Position numbers and translations under genes: made by a program. A stretch of DNA of 36,834 nt from Bacillota bacterium (GTDB taxonomy: Bacteria > Bacillota > Limnochordia > Darwinibacteriales > Darwinibacteriaceae), in assembly GCA_012518325.1 (NCBI GenBank), contig JAAYSR010000015.1, positions 1 through 36,834 of the forward strand, in the 5' to 3' direction. Shown one piece after another: positions 6,049 through 14,125 of this stretch; position 1 is the first letter of the stretch, and the number at the start of each line of letters is the position of its first letter. The notes under the pieces were generated by a model. It was given only the letters and a program-made list of their open reading frames with translations, was not told where the DNA came from and searched no databases.

Positions 6049-8022
6049 TCACTCCTGAAACAGTGCATCATAGAACTGACGGCCGCCAATATAGACCTGC
6101 AGGCGGGCGTTCTGCCCTCTTCCCTGCACACTCTGCTCAACTGAACTGCCGCCTCTGTGGACCTGCCGGTACACTTCCCGGGCGCCGAAGTCGTCAATCA
6201 CCAGGATGACAACTTCCTGTTCAGGCCCTGGCGGGACATTGATGGTGACGTTTTCAGTCTTCCAGAGATTCTCATGAATCCATTGGGGCTCTTCCCTGGG
6301 GTCCTCAGGCACCTGCGTCGAATGGGGAGCAGGCGTCGTGCCCTGGGAATAGACAAAATCTATGCTCCAGCCCGGCTGGACCTGAGTCCCCGGCGCTGGG
6401 TTCTGCTCAATAACCTGGCCCTGGGGATAGATAGTGCTGTACTCAGGCCAGGAGTTGCCCAGGGGCAAACCGAGCTCTCTAATCCGGGCCTTGACCGTTT
6501 CGAAGTCCTGGCCGCGGAAGTCAGGCAAAGCGAAAGAGAGGGGCGCTTCCTGTCCCTTGCTGACCACCAGATCCACCACTGTACCCTTCATTACAACCTC
6601 GCCGGGTTCCGGCCACTGCTCGATTACAACTCCGGGGCTGACCTCGGGATCATAGGCTTCCTCCTCATCCCCCAGGACAAACCCTGCCTGGGTCAGGGCC
6701 AGCTTGCCCTCGCGGGCGGTGAGACCGACTACGGAAGGCATAACTACTTCTTCAGGCCCCTTGCTCACCCTCACCAGGATCTCCCGGTTCTGCTTCACCA
6801 TGCGGCCGGCAAGGGGATCCTGACTAATAATATACCCAGCGGGAACCTCATTGTCAAAAATCGCCTGCTCTACTTTGAGGATCAAATCCGCCTCCCGCAG
6901 GACGCGGGCGGCTTCCAGCTCAAACAGGCCCACCACATCGGGGACCTTTACATCTTCAGGGAACAGAAACTTGGGAATCAGGCGCACCAGGCCAAAGCCC
7001 GCTCCACCCAGGATCAGCAGAATCACCAGTATAATAAGTCCCTTAGAACTGCGGCGCGCGCCTTCAGTTTTCTTCCCTTTCTTCTTGCTGCGTTTCTTTC
7101 GGCCGGCCAAATCCAAACCTCCTTCCGTTGACTGTCCAGCGACAGGCAGAGGCATTGTCTGATCCCCCGGTTCCTGTCCCTCACCATGCTGTGCCATTTC
7201 CAGGCGGCGCTCAATCCTCTGGAAGGCCCGCACCACCTCTTCTGCATTGCCCGCCCGCTTTTTGGGGTCCTTGTTGAGCAGCTTCAGGACCAAATCTTCC
7301 AGTTCGCTGTCTAAGTCGGGGCGGACATCACGGAGGGGCAGGGGATTGTCCTGAATGTGCTTCAGGGCGATGCTGATGGGGGAATCGCCCTTGAAGGGCG
7401 GATGCCCCGCAATCATCTCATATAAAACAATGCCTAAAGAATACAGATCGCTCGCAGCCTGAACATTGACCCCCCGGGCCTGTTCAGGGGAAAAATAGTG
7501 CACAGAGCCCAGGACCATCCCGGTCTGGGTCAGGTTCGTGCTGCTCATGGCCTGGGCGATGCCAAAGTCCGTGACTTTGACCCGCCCCTCATCAGTCACC
7601 AGAATATTGTGGGGCTTAATATCGCGATGGATAATTCCGTGGTAGTGGGCATGGGCCAGTCCCATGGCAATCTGTTTCCCAACGCTGACGATTACTTCCT
7701 GGGAAAAGTGCTGACCGTGGTCGCGAATCAGGTCATGCAGGTTGTTGCCCTGCACAAACTCCATGACAATATAATGAATACGGTCGATCTCACCGACGTC
7801 GTAAATATTGACGATGTTGGGATGAGACAAACTGGCTGCTGACCTGGCCTCCCGGCGGAAACGCTCTACAAACTCATCATCGTCGGCAAACTGGGAGCGC
7901 AGAATTTTAACCGCGACAGTTCTGCTCAGCAGATGATCCTTGGCGCTGTAAACCAAGGCCATGCCGCCGTCGCCGACCTTCTCCAAAATCTCATATCGAT
8001 TGGCCAACATTTCTCCAATCAT
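6049..8022 (-). CDS. prkC: PASTA-domain Ser/Thr protein kinase (PrkC/PknB type)
   Basis: The 657 aa ORF has a Hanks kinase domain (GDGGMALVY, VAVKIL, HRDIKPHNIL, DFGIA, SPEQ). This is followed by a basic juxtamembrane stretch, one TM segment, three PASTA-like repeats (each about 65 aa starting PDVVGL / PSVVGL / LPDFRG) and a C-terminal beta-rich domain. Confidence 0.93.
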   Translation of the reverse strand: MIGEMLANRYEILEKVGDGGMALVYSAKDHLLSRTVAVKILRSQFADDDEFVERFRREARSAASLSHPNIVNIYDVGEIDRIHYIVMEFVQGNNLHDLIRDHGQHFSQEVIVSVGKQIAMGLAHAHYHGIIHRDIKPHNILVTDEGRVKVTDFGIAQAMSSTNLTQTGMVLGSVHYFSPEQARGVNVQAASDLYSLGIVLYEMIAGHPPFKGDSPISIALKHIQDNPLPLRDVRPDLDSELEDLVLKLLNKDPKKRAGNAEEVVRAFQRIERRLEMAQHGEGQEPGDQTMPLPVAGQSTEGGLDLAGRKKRSKKKGKKTEGARRSSKGLIILVILLILGGAGFGLVRLIPKFLFPEDVKVPDVVGLFELEAARVLREADLILKVEQAIFDNEVPAGYIISQDPLAGRMVKQNREILVRVSKGPEEVVMPSVVGLTAREGKLALTQAGFVLGDEEEAYDPEVSPGVVIEQWPEPGEVVMKGTVVDLVVSKGQEAPLSFALPDFRGQDFETVKARIRELGLPLGNSWPEYSTIYPQGQVIEQNPAPGTQVQPGWSIDFVYSQGTTPAPHSTQVPEDPREEPQWIHENLWKTENVTINVPPGPEQEVVILVIDDFGAREVYRQVHRGGSSVEQSVQGRGQNARLQVYIGGRQFYDALFQE

Positions 8023-8040
8023 ACTCTCACCCTTTGAACG

Positions 8041-9348
8041 TTACTCGTCGATGGTCAGAGCAGCTTCCATCACCCTGACCCCAATCGGCACCGCTGCCTG
8101 GCTGCCGGACCCTCCGTGCTCGATTAAAACTGCCACTGCGATCTGGGGATCTTCCACCGGGGCAAAGCCGATAAACCAAGCATGATCAAGCCCCTGTCCC
8201 ATTTGAGCCGTGCCGGTCTTCCCCCCGTAGGAAAAAGACGCAGGCGAATCTGTCCGGGCAGTGCCTTCTGAGGCAGCCAGCGCCATCGCCTTCGACAGTG
8301 CCTGGGCTGAAAACGAGGGCAGAACATCTGCAATGCGCTCAGGCCGCGTAATTTGCCTCAGTTTCAGCCCGCCCCGCACCTCCTGCACTAAATAGGGCCG
8401 CATCATGGTTCCGCCGTTGGCAATGGCGGATACCGCCGCCGCCATCTGCAGCGGAGTGACCAACAGCTCTCCCTGGCCTATGCCCAGCTGGGCCAGATCA
8501 TAGTCGGAAGCCGCCTTGCCGGGCAGGTGCCCGCCTAAGTTAGCCAGGTCAAACTTAACCTGGGAGCCCAGTCCAAAAGCTCGAAAAGCTTCCAGGAGGC
8601 CCTCGCCTAATTCCATGGCCAAACGGGCAAAGACCACATTGGAAGACAGGGCCAGGGCCTGATCAGTGGTAATTTTCCCGTGGGCCTTGCCGCCAAAATT
8701 GCTGATAGTGCGGTTTTTCAGCGTTAATGATCCGCCGTCCTCCCAGATCTGTCCGCTGCCTGTCAGTTCCCCTGCCAGGGCGGCTCCGTAAATGATGGGC
8801 TTGACGGTAGAGCCGGGAGGATACAGTCCATGGGTTGCCCTGTTCAAGAAAGGACTTCGTTGATCGTCCAGATAATCTGGCCAGTTGTCATCCAGTTCGT
8901 TGCCGTCCACCCAGGGAGAAGAGACCAGGGCCAGCACCTCGCCGGTTGCCGGTCTCATCACAACAACCGCGCCTTCACGCCCGTTAATTGCCTCCTCAGC
9001 GGCTTTTTGGACCTGCAAATCCAGAGTAGTGATCACACTGCGCCCCTGACTCAAATCTTCGTGCAAAAGGCGCTCCAGCCCTGTCATTCCGTAACGCTGG
9101 TGGAAATATCCAACCACATGACTCAGGGATGGCGCACTGTAAACACGGGCGAAGGTTTCTCCCTCTGGGACCGACTCTGCCAAGGCCAAGCCGCTGCGGT
9201 CATAGATCGCGCCCCGTTTCTCCTTAAACATCTGGTAATAGCGGGGATTGGCCGGATGGCTCTCAATCTCTGCGCAGAGCTGCCAGTAGAACAAAGCGGC
9301 AAACAACAGCCCGTATAAAACTGCGATGGCCAGAAAGGACCTGCGCAC
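8041..9348 (-). CDS. Short class B penicillin-binding protein / transpeptidase (PbpA-like)
   Basis: The 435 aa ORF has an N-terminal TM anchor, STVKP (SxxK), SSN and KTGTA motifs in the canonical order. Its GTG start overlaps the stop of the upstream SEDS gene. Confidence 0.88.
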   Translation of the reverse strand: MRRSFLAIAVLYGLLFAALFYWQLCAEIESHPANPRYYQMFKEKRGAIYDRSGLALAESVPEGETFARVYSAPSLSHVVGYFHQRYGMTGLERLLHEDLSQGRSVITTLDLQVQKAAEEAINGREGAVVVMRPATGEVLALVSSPWVDGNELDDNWPDYLDDQRSPFLNRATHGLYPPGSTVKPIIYGAALAGELTGSGQIWEDGGSLTLKNRTISNFGGKAHGKITTDQALALSSNVVFARLAMELGEGLLEAFRAFGLGSQVKFDLANLGGHLPGKAASDYDLAQLGIGQGELLVTPLQMAAAVSAIANGGTMMRPYLVQEVRGGLKLRQITRPERIADVLPSFSAQALSKAMALAASEGTARTDSPASFSYGGKTGTAQMGQGLDHAWFIGFAPVEDPQIAVAVLIEHGGSGSQAAVPIGVRVMEAALTIDE

Positions 9349-10517
9349 TAGCCTTCACCCCGCCTTCCGCCAAGGCCCGTCACAATTCCCAGCATGGCGA
9401 GCTGCGCAGCCAAGGAAGTGGAACCGTAACTGACCAGAGGCAGGGTCATGCCGCTGAAGGGCACGAGCCGCAAAATGCCCCCTGCCACCAAAAACACCTG
9501 CAGATGCAGCAAAAGGGTCAGTCCCAGCCCAGTGAGCTGCAGCCGCCTTTCCGGCAGAGAATGCAGCAGGCGCAAAGACCAGAACGCTAAGCTTAAGTAT
9601 ACCATAAGCAAGGCAAAGGTTCCTAAAAAACCAAATTCTTCCCCAATTACTGCAAATAAGTAGTCGGTATGTACATTGGGAATCACCTGGACAGAACCTG
9701 CCCCCAGCCCCCGCCCCGCCAGCCCGCCGCTCCGCAGGGCAAATAATCCCTGGAGCACCTGATAGCCGATACTGTCCAAATATTCCCAGGGGCGCAGCCA
9801 GGCCACCGCCCTGTTTTGAAAATGGGGAAACTGCAGCCAGGCCAGGGCAAATCCCCCGGCAGCAGCAGCCAAAAAGCCAAAAAGCTTGAACCAGCTGAAC
9901 TGACAGTGCAGGGACAGCCAGCAAAAAACAAGAAAGACCAACAGGGCCGGACCGAGATCACGCTGCCAGGCCAGGATCAGAAAAAAACTGCCTAAGACCG
10001 CTGCAAGCTCCCACTTAGAACGCCCGTCGGCAAAATAATGGGCAAGGTAAAAGACAAGGAAAATCCGGGCTGCCTCTACAGGCTGGAAGCGAAAGCCCCC
10101 AAGATTAAGCCACGCCTTTGCCCCGCCGGCGCTTTCACCGGCCAGGGCAGTTATCAGGAGTAGACCTACAGCCAGCGCCGCCCAGAGCAGCGGCCGGCAG
10201 AACCTGCGGGAACCTGCCCAAAGGCCCAAGAGATAGGCCAGTCCCCCAATGAGAATCCCCCAGGTATGGGACTCCGCCCAAACCGGACTTAAGCGGGTCA
10301 GAAAAATCCAGCCGGCAAAAACCAGGACTGCTGCTAAGGGCAGTGCCCCGGCATCATAGCCCAGCACTCTTGTGAGCAAAAACAAAGCCATGATCATTAC
10401 CCAAAGTACCAGGGGCTGCCACCAGCAGATCTGCCCCTGCAGCCAGAACAGCCACAGAACCAGACAGATGAGCCAGCCGGTATACTCTAACCAAGTACGA
10501 TAGGGGGCTCTGATCAC
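9348..10517 (-). CDS. SEDS family peptidoglycan polymerase (FtsW/RodA)
   Basis: The 389 aa polytopic membrane protein has the SEDS signature region HTDYLFAVIGEEFGFLGTFALL. It starts at a GTG with an AGGAGGAGGAAG SD. Confidence 0.88.
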   Translation of the reverse strand: MIRAPYRTWLEYTGWLICLVLWLFWLQGQICWWQPLVLWVMIMALFLLTRVLGYDAGALPLAAVLVFAGWIFLTRLSPVWAESHTWGILIGGLAYLLGLWAGSRRFCRPLLWAALAVGLLLITALAGESAGGAKAWLNLGGFRFQPVEAARIFLVFYLAHYFADGRSKWELAAVLGSFFLILAWQRDLGPALLVFLVFCWLSLHCQFSWFKLFGFLAAAAGGFALAWLQFPHFQNRAVAWLRPWEYLDSIGYQVLQGLFALRSGGLAGRGLGAGSVQVIPNVHTDYLFAVIGEEFGFLGTFALLMVYLSLAFWSLRLLHSLPERRLQLTGLGLTLLLHLQVFLVAGGILRLVPFSGMTLPLVSYGSTSLAAQLAMLGIVTGLGGRRGEG

Positions 10518-10531
10518 GGCACTTCCTCCTC

Positions 10532-11242
10532 CTAAATCTTGGCCACAATTACCGTAACATTGTCAACTCCGCCGGACTGGTTGGCTAAATCCACGAGATC
10601 CTGGGCTAAGTTGGAGGAGTGGAAATCTTTGTTTAGCGTCTCTTCTATTAAGGAGTCATCCACCAGATCCGTCAGACCGTCAGTGCAGAGCATGATCAGG
10701 GCGCCGGGTTCCAAAGTTCTGGCCACCAGCTCAACATCAATCTCCGCTGCACCTAAGACCTGGGTGAGGATGTGCTTTTTAGGATGATGGCGCGCCTCTT
10801 CCGCAGTAATCGTCTCGGCACGGACGAGTTCAGCAACGACTGAGTGATCGCTGGTGAGCTGCTCCAGGCGTCCCCCCGACAGAACATAGCAGCGGCTGTC
10901 GCCGACATGGCCTACGGTCAGGACTGCATTGCCTGCCTCATCTGGGTCGGAGACTACAGCCAGGGTTATGGTGCTGCCCATGCCATGATACTCCTCATTG
11001 TTCTTGGCAGCGTCCAGAATCCTCTCCTGAGCCTGATGGATGGCTGACAGCACTTCCCCTTCGGGATCGCTGCCGGTAAAGGGAAAGGACTGGATCACTT
11101 CCACTGCCAGTCCGGAAGCCACCTCCCCTGCCACATGTCCCCCCATGCCGTCGCAGACAACGAGGATCCCGGGAGCCGCCCACAGCGAATCTTCGTTGTT
11201 CTCTCGCACTTGACCAATATCAGTTGCAGTCCTAATTTCCAC
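10532..11242 (-). CDS. PP2C-family Ser/Thr phosphatase (Stp/PrpC/PstP type)
   Basis: It carries RTATDIGQVRENNEDS, VCDGMGGH, GDSR and CTDGL motifs. I favour the GTG at 11242, which has an AGGGGTG SD 6 nt upstream and gives MEIRTATDIG. The ORF-track start at 11368 would add about 40 atypical residues and overlap the FHA gene. The start remains uncertain. Confidence 0.85.
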   Translation of the reverse strand: MEIRTATDIGQVRENNEDSLWAAPGILVVCDGMGGHVAGEVASGLAVEVIQSFPFTGSDPEGEVLSAIHQAQERILDAAKNNEEYHGMGSTITLAVVSDPDEAGNAVLTVGHVGDSRCYVLSGGRLEQLTSDHSVVAELVRAETITAEEARHHPKKHILTQVLGAAEIDVELVARTLEPGALIMLCTDGLTDLVDDSLIEETLNKDFHSSNLAQDLVDLANQSGGVDNVTVIVAKI

Positions 11243-11354
11243 GGCCAACACCCCTACTTTAGCTCTTCGAGCATTGACTTGACAAAGTGCAGCACAATTC
11301 TCACCAGCCAAACCATCAAGATCGCCCGTCCTACCCAACGGATTAGGGCCATGC

Positions 11355-11789
11355 CTATCTCTCCTCATAGACTAATACGGTTTGCCCAATTTGAATCCTG
11401 TCACCGCTTTTCAGCACAGCACTCTGAATGGGCTGCCCATTCAGAAAAGTGCCGTTCCTGCTCGAATTGTCCTTCAGCAGCCAGCCTTCCCCAGCCCGGC
11501 TGAAACTGGCATGAACTCTGCTGCAGCCGGGATCTGTGAGCTTAAGATGGCAGCTCATGCCCCTCCCCACCAAGAAGCCGGGCTGCAGCGGAATCGTCTC
11601 AGAGTTGCAGATAAGATAGCCTTGTTTGCCCCATTCCTCCAGGGGCCCCCTGGCCACCTGGTAGCGTTTGGTAGGGGCAAACTGCTCTTCCCTGCTTTGC
11701 TTAACTTCTTCTTCCTGCAAGCGTTTCCCTTTTAATCCCCCGATTATTGACCTGAGCCTAGTTTTGAACCCTTCTTTCAAGTCAGTCAC
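11355..11789 (-). CDS. FHA-domain protein
   Basis: The C-terminal 90 residues of the 144 aa ORF form a typical FHA fold signature (LVGRG..C.L.L.D..SRVHA.F...G.W.L.D..S.NGTFLNG..I....L..GD.I.IG). The GTG start overlaps the rlmN stop (GTGA). Confidence 0.85.
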   Translation of the reverse strand: MTDLKEGFKTRLRSIIGGLKGKRLQEEEVKQSREEQFAPTKRYQVARGPLEEWGKQGYLICNSETIPLQPGFLVGRGMSCHLKLTDPGCSRVHASFSRAGEGWLLKDNSSRNGTFLNGQPIQSAVLKSGDRIQIGQTVLVYEER

Positions 11790-12811
11790 TCCTGCAGCTG
11801 CCTCTGGCGCAGTTGGCCGCAGGCAGCGTCAATATCGGAACCCCGCTCTTTCCGGATGGATACGGGGATGTGTTCTGCAGCCAAAATACGGGCAAATTCC
11901 ATCACACGCCGCTCTGCAGGCCTTTTCTGGCCGGCGGCCGGATTAATGGGAATTAGATTGACGTGGCAGAGCCTGCCCTTAAGCAGCCGGCCCAGACTTC
12001 TCGCCTGCTCCGCACTGTCATTAAAACCGCTGATCAGGGCATACTCATAAGAGATGCGCCGCCCTGTTCTTTCTGTATAATAATGGCAGGCCGCAAAGAG
12101 CTCTGCCAGGGGAAACCTCCTGTTCACCGGCATCACCTGCGAACGCTCCGCATCAGTCACAGCATGGAGGGAAACCGCCAGGTTGACCTGGAGATCCTCT
12201 TCAGCCAGCTCCCTGATCTGGGGCGCCAAGCCGCAGGTGGAGATAGTGATGCGCCTGGCTCCGAGGTTAACGCCCTGTTCATGGTTGAGGAGGCGGACGG
12301 AGCGCAGCACTGCCTCATAATTGGCCAACGGCTCTCCCATGCCCATGTAGACCAGGTTGGAAATACTTTGTTGCCGGGCTTTGAGGCGGTTTTGCACCCA
12401 CAGCACCTGGGCGGTTATTTCCGCCGCAGACAGGTTGCGCACAAAGCCGCTCTGCCCTGTGGCACAAAAGGAACAGTTCATGGCACAGCCCACCTGGGTG
12501 GAGATGCAGAGGGTATGGCGCTTTTCCTCCGGAATCAGCACCGTTTCTACCGTGGCCTGATCCTCCAGGGCAAACAGGTACTTTTCTGTACCGTCTGCTG
12601 ATGTTCTCACAGTAACCGGTTTCAGGGGCCAAGGCGAACCGAAGGCCCGTTCCAACTCTGCAATTGTATCTTTGGGCAGGTTGGTCATTTCCGCAAAGCT
12701 GCCCACTGCATGCCTGTGGAGCCAGGAAAAAATCTGGCCCGCCCGGAATGGAGCAGTTCGCCTCTCCAGCCAGCTTTTTATCTCTTCAGGGAACATTCCC
12801 AATATATGCAC
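11786..12811 (-). CDS. rlmN: 23S rRNA (adenine2503-C2)-methyltransferase, radical SAM
   Basis: The 341 aa ORF has the radical SAM motif CAMNCSFCATG, plus MGMGEPL and a conserved C-terminal Cys (DIDAACGQL). Confidence 0.92.
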   Translation of the reverse strand: MHILGMFPEEIKSWLERRTAPFRAGQIFSWLHRHAVGSFAEMTNLPKDTIAELERAFGSPWPLKPVTVRTSADGTEKYLFALEDQATVETVLIPEEKRHTLCISTQVGCAMNCSFCATGQSGFVRNLSAAEITAQVLWVQNRLKARQQSISNLVYMGMGEPLANYEAVLRSVRLLNHEQGVNLGARRITISTCGLAPQIRELAEEDLQVNLAVSLHAVTDAERSQVMPVNRRFPLAELFAACHYYTERTGRRISYEYALISGFNDSAEQARSLGRLLKGRLCHVNLIPINPAAGQKRPAERRVMEFARILAAEHIPVSIRKERGSDIDAACGQLRQRQLQE

Positions 12812-12840
12812 TGATAAACCTCCAGTTCAGGGGTGAGACG

Positions 12841-13146
12841 ATGGGCAAACGCGCAAAAATTCATTTTCTCACGGCTTATGTAGAATACCTTCTAGATCAG
12901 GGTATCCGTTCTGAAGAATACTATTTAGGAGATGCCTCGCGCTTTTTGCGCCACCTCTTGGCCGGTGTCACCGCCGAGCAGGTCCACTCCTATATCTGCA
13001 GCTCGCACCATTCCGAGGCCTACCGCCTGCGCCTGGAAAAAACGCTGCGCAAATTCTTCAGCTTTGCCCAGGAGAACCTGTCCATTGAAATCGGAGAGAT
13101 CCTAGATAGACAAAAAGAACCAGATCAACACCTGGTTCAAGAATAG
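12841..13146 (+). CDS. Small stand-alone protein resembling the SAM-like N-terminal (core-binding) domain of tyrosine recombinases
   Basis: The ATG at 12841 (AGGGGTGA SD) gives 101 aa: MGKRAKIHFLTAYVEYLLDQGIRSEEYYLGDASRFLRHLL...VHSYICSSHHSEAYRLRLEKTLRKFFSFAQEN. The helix pattern F..Y..YL...G.S...Y......F...L ... I..Y......S......L..L..FF.FA matches integrase N-domains. No catalytic domain follows, and the stop lies 1 nt from the tRNA-Pro 3' end. The assignment rests on pattern only. Confidence 0.45.
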   Translation: MGKRAKIHFLTAYVEYLLDQGIRSEEYYLGDASRFLRHLLAGVTAEQVHSYICSSHHSEAYRLRLEKTLRKFFSFAQENLSIEIGEILDRQKEPDQHLVQE

Positions 13147-13147
13147 T

Positions 13148-13224
<77 letters not shown>

Positions 13225-13231
13225 GCATAAA

Positions 13232-13261
13232 TAGTATATACCCCAAGGGGGGCTTCTGTCC
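13232..13261 (-). promoter_or_regulatory. Possible promoter of tRNA-Pro
   Basis: The minus strand reads TGGACA (13261-13256), an 18 nt spacer, then TATACT (13237-13232), ending about 7 nt before the mature tRNA 5' end. Confidence 0.35.
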
Positions 13262-13282
13262 AGAGAAAAATGTCAACTTCAC

Positions 13283-14032
13283 CTAGGAACCCAGGCATTC
13301 CTCTGCGATTTTAGCAATCAGTAAAGAGTTGGTGGGCATTCTCTCTTCACAGTAGGGTTCGCACAGCCTGCGGATGAAACCAGTGTTGCCATGCTCCCAG
13401 GCGGCCACAATCGCGTTGCGAATGGCTGCCTCAACCCCGCTGGCTGTGGTGCGGTACTTCTTTGCCAGGGCGGGATAAATCTCCTTGGTCAGCCCCCCGG
13501 CAAAGTAGCCTTCATCGGTGTACATCAGCACAGCATCCTTTAGGTAAGAGAAACCCTTGTAATGGGGGGGCACGCCCATGTCGTGGAGCAGCCTTAACAC
13601 GGTCTGGTCCGCACTGGTTCTGGTATCCAGCGCCGCTGCCCCCTCCAAAGCCACCACCTCTTTGGAAGTTGCGGCAAACTCCCGCAGCCTTTGAGCTAAA
13701 ATCTCAAGCTGAAAAGGCTTAATCATAAAATAATCTGCGCCGAGGCTCATCAGCCTGGCCAAGAGATTGTCGGTGCCGAAGGCGGTAATTACAACCACTT
13801 TAGGTCTCTTTTTCAAGCCCAAAGTCTGCAGCCTTTCCATAACTCCGAGTCCATCCAAGTAGGGCATGGTAATGTCCAGCAGTACCACATCTGGTTCCAG
13901 GCTTTGGATCAGGCTCATGGCCTCTTCCCCGTCATGAGCCATTCCAACCACGTCGAGATCAAGCTGTGTGTCAAAATAGTCCTCTAGCACCTTGCAGAGT
14001 TCCACATTGTTATCGACAACAAGCACTCGCAT
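13283..14032 (-). CDS. Spo0A-family response regulator (receiver plus Spo0A_C DNA-binding domain), possibly a paralogue
   Basis: The ATG at 14032 (GGGAGGGAG SD) gives MRVLVVDNN... The receiver residues are present (DN/DD pair, LLDITMPYLDG, ITAFG, MIKPF). The C-terminal domain aligns with the remembered Spo0A sequence (GVPPHYKGFSYLKDAV..., YPALAKKYRTTASGVEAAIRNAIVAAW, PTNSLLIAKIAE). Confidence 0.8.
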   Translation of the reverse strand: MRVLVVDNNVELCKVLEDYFDTQLDLDVVGMAHDGEEAMSLIQSLEPDVVLLDITMPYLDGLGVMERLQTLGLKKRPKVVVITAFGTDNLLARLMSLGADYFMIKPFQLEILAQRLREFAATSKEVVALEGAAALDTRTSADQTVLRLLHDMGVPPHYKGFSYLKDAVLMYTDEGYFAGGLTKEIYPALAKKYRTTASGVEAAIRNAIVAAWEHGNTGFIRRLCEPYCEERMPTNSLLIAKIAEECLGS

Positions 14033-14065
14033 CGGGGACTCCCTCCCGCCCTGTTTTATCATCTA

Positions 14066-14113
14066 TTTGACAAATTTTGGGGAACTCCTGCCCTTTAGGA
14101 TATTTTTGTCAAC
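14066..14113. promoter_or_regulatory. Inverted pair of 0A-box-like sequences upstream of the Spo0A-like gene
   Basis: TTTGACAAA (14066-14074) is the reverse complement of TTTGTCAAA. TTTGTCAAC lies at 14105-14113. Both resemble the published 0A-box consensus TTTGTCRAA. The same letters also contain TTGACA, a -35-like hexamer, so the match could be trivial. Confidence 0.25.
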
Positions 14114-14125
14114 TTAATGTTAAAC

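Noticed and set aside
6157-7131. Long plus-strand ORFs antisense to real genes. Examples are 6157-7131 (324 aa), 16702-17616 (304 aa), 16988-17647, 17655-18974 (439 aa), 23088-23990 (300 aa), 28685-29464, 28770-29648, 30665-31336 and 34607-35356.
   Set aside because: Each lies entirely inside a well-supported minus-strand gene with clear family motifs. Their translations are low-complexity, rich in R/P/G/A/H, with no recognisable motifs and no SD. This is the usual shadow-ORF effect in GC-rich coding DNA.
11243-11368. An extra N-terminal extension of about 42 aa on the PP2C phosphatase, from an ATG at 11368.
   Set aside because: The extension (MRRDRHGPNPLGRTGDLDGLAGENCAALCQVNARRAK...) matches no PP2C N-terminus, lacks an SD, and overlaps the FHA gene end. 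The GTG at 11242 has an SD and gives the canonical start. This is not fully excluded.
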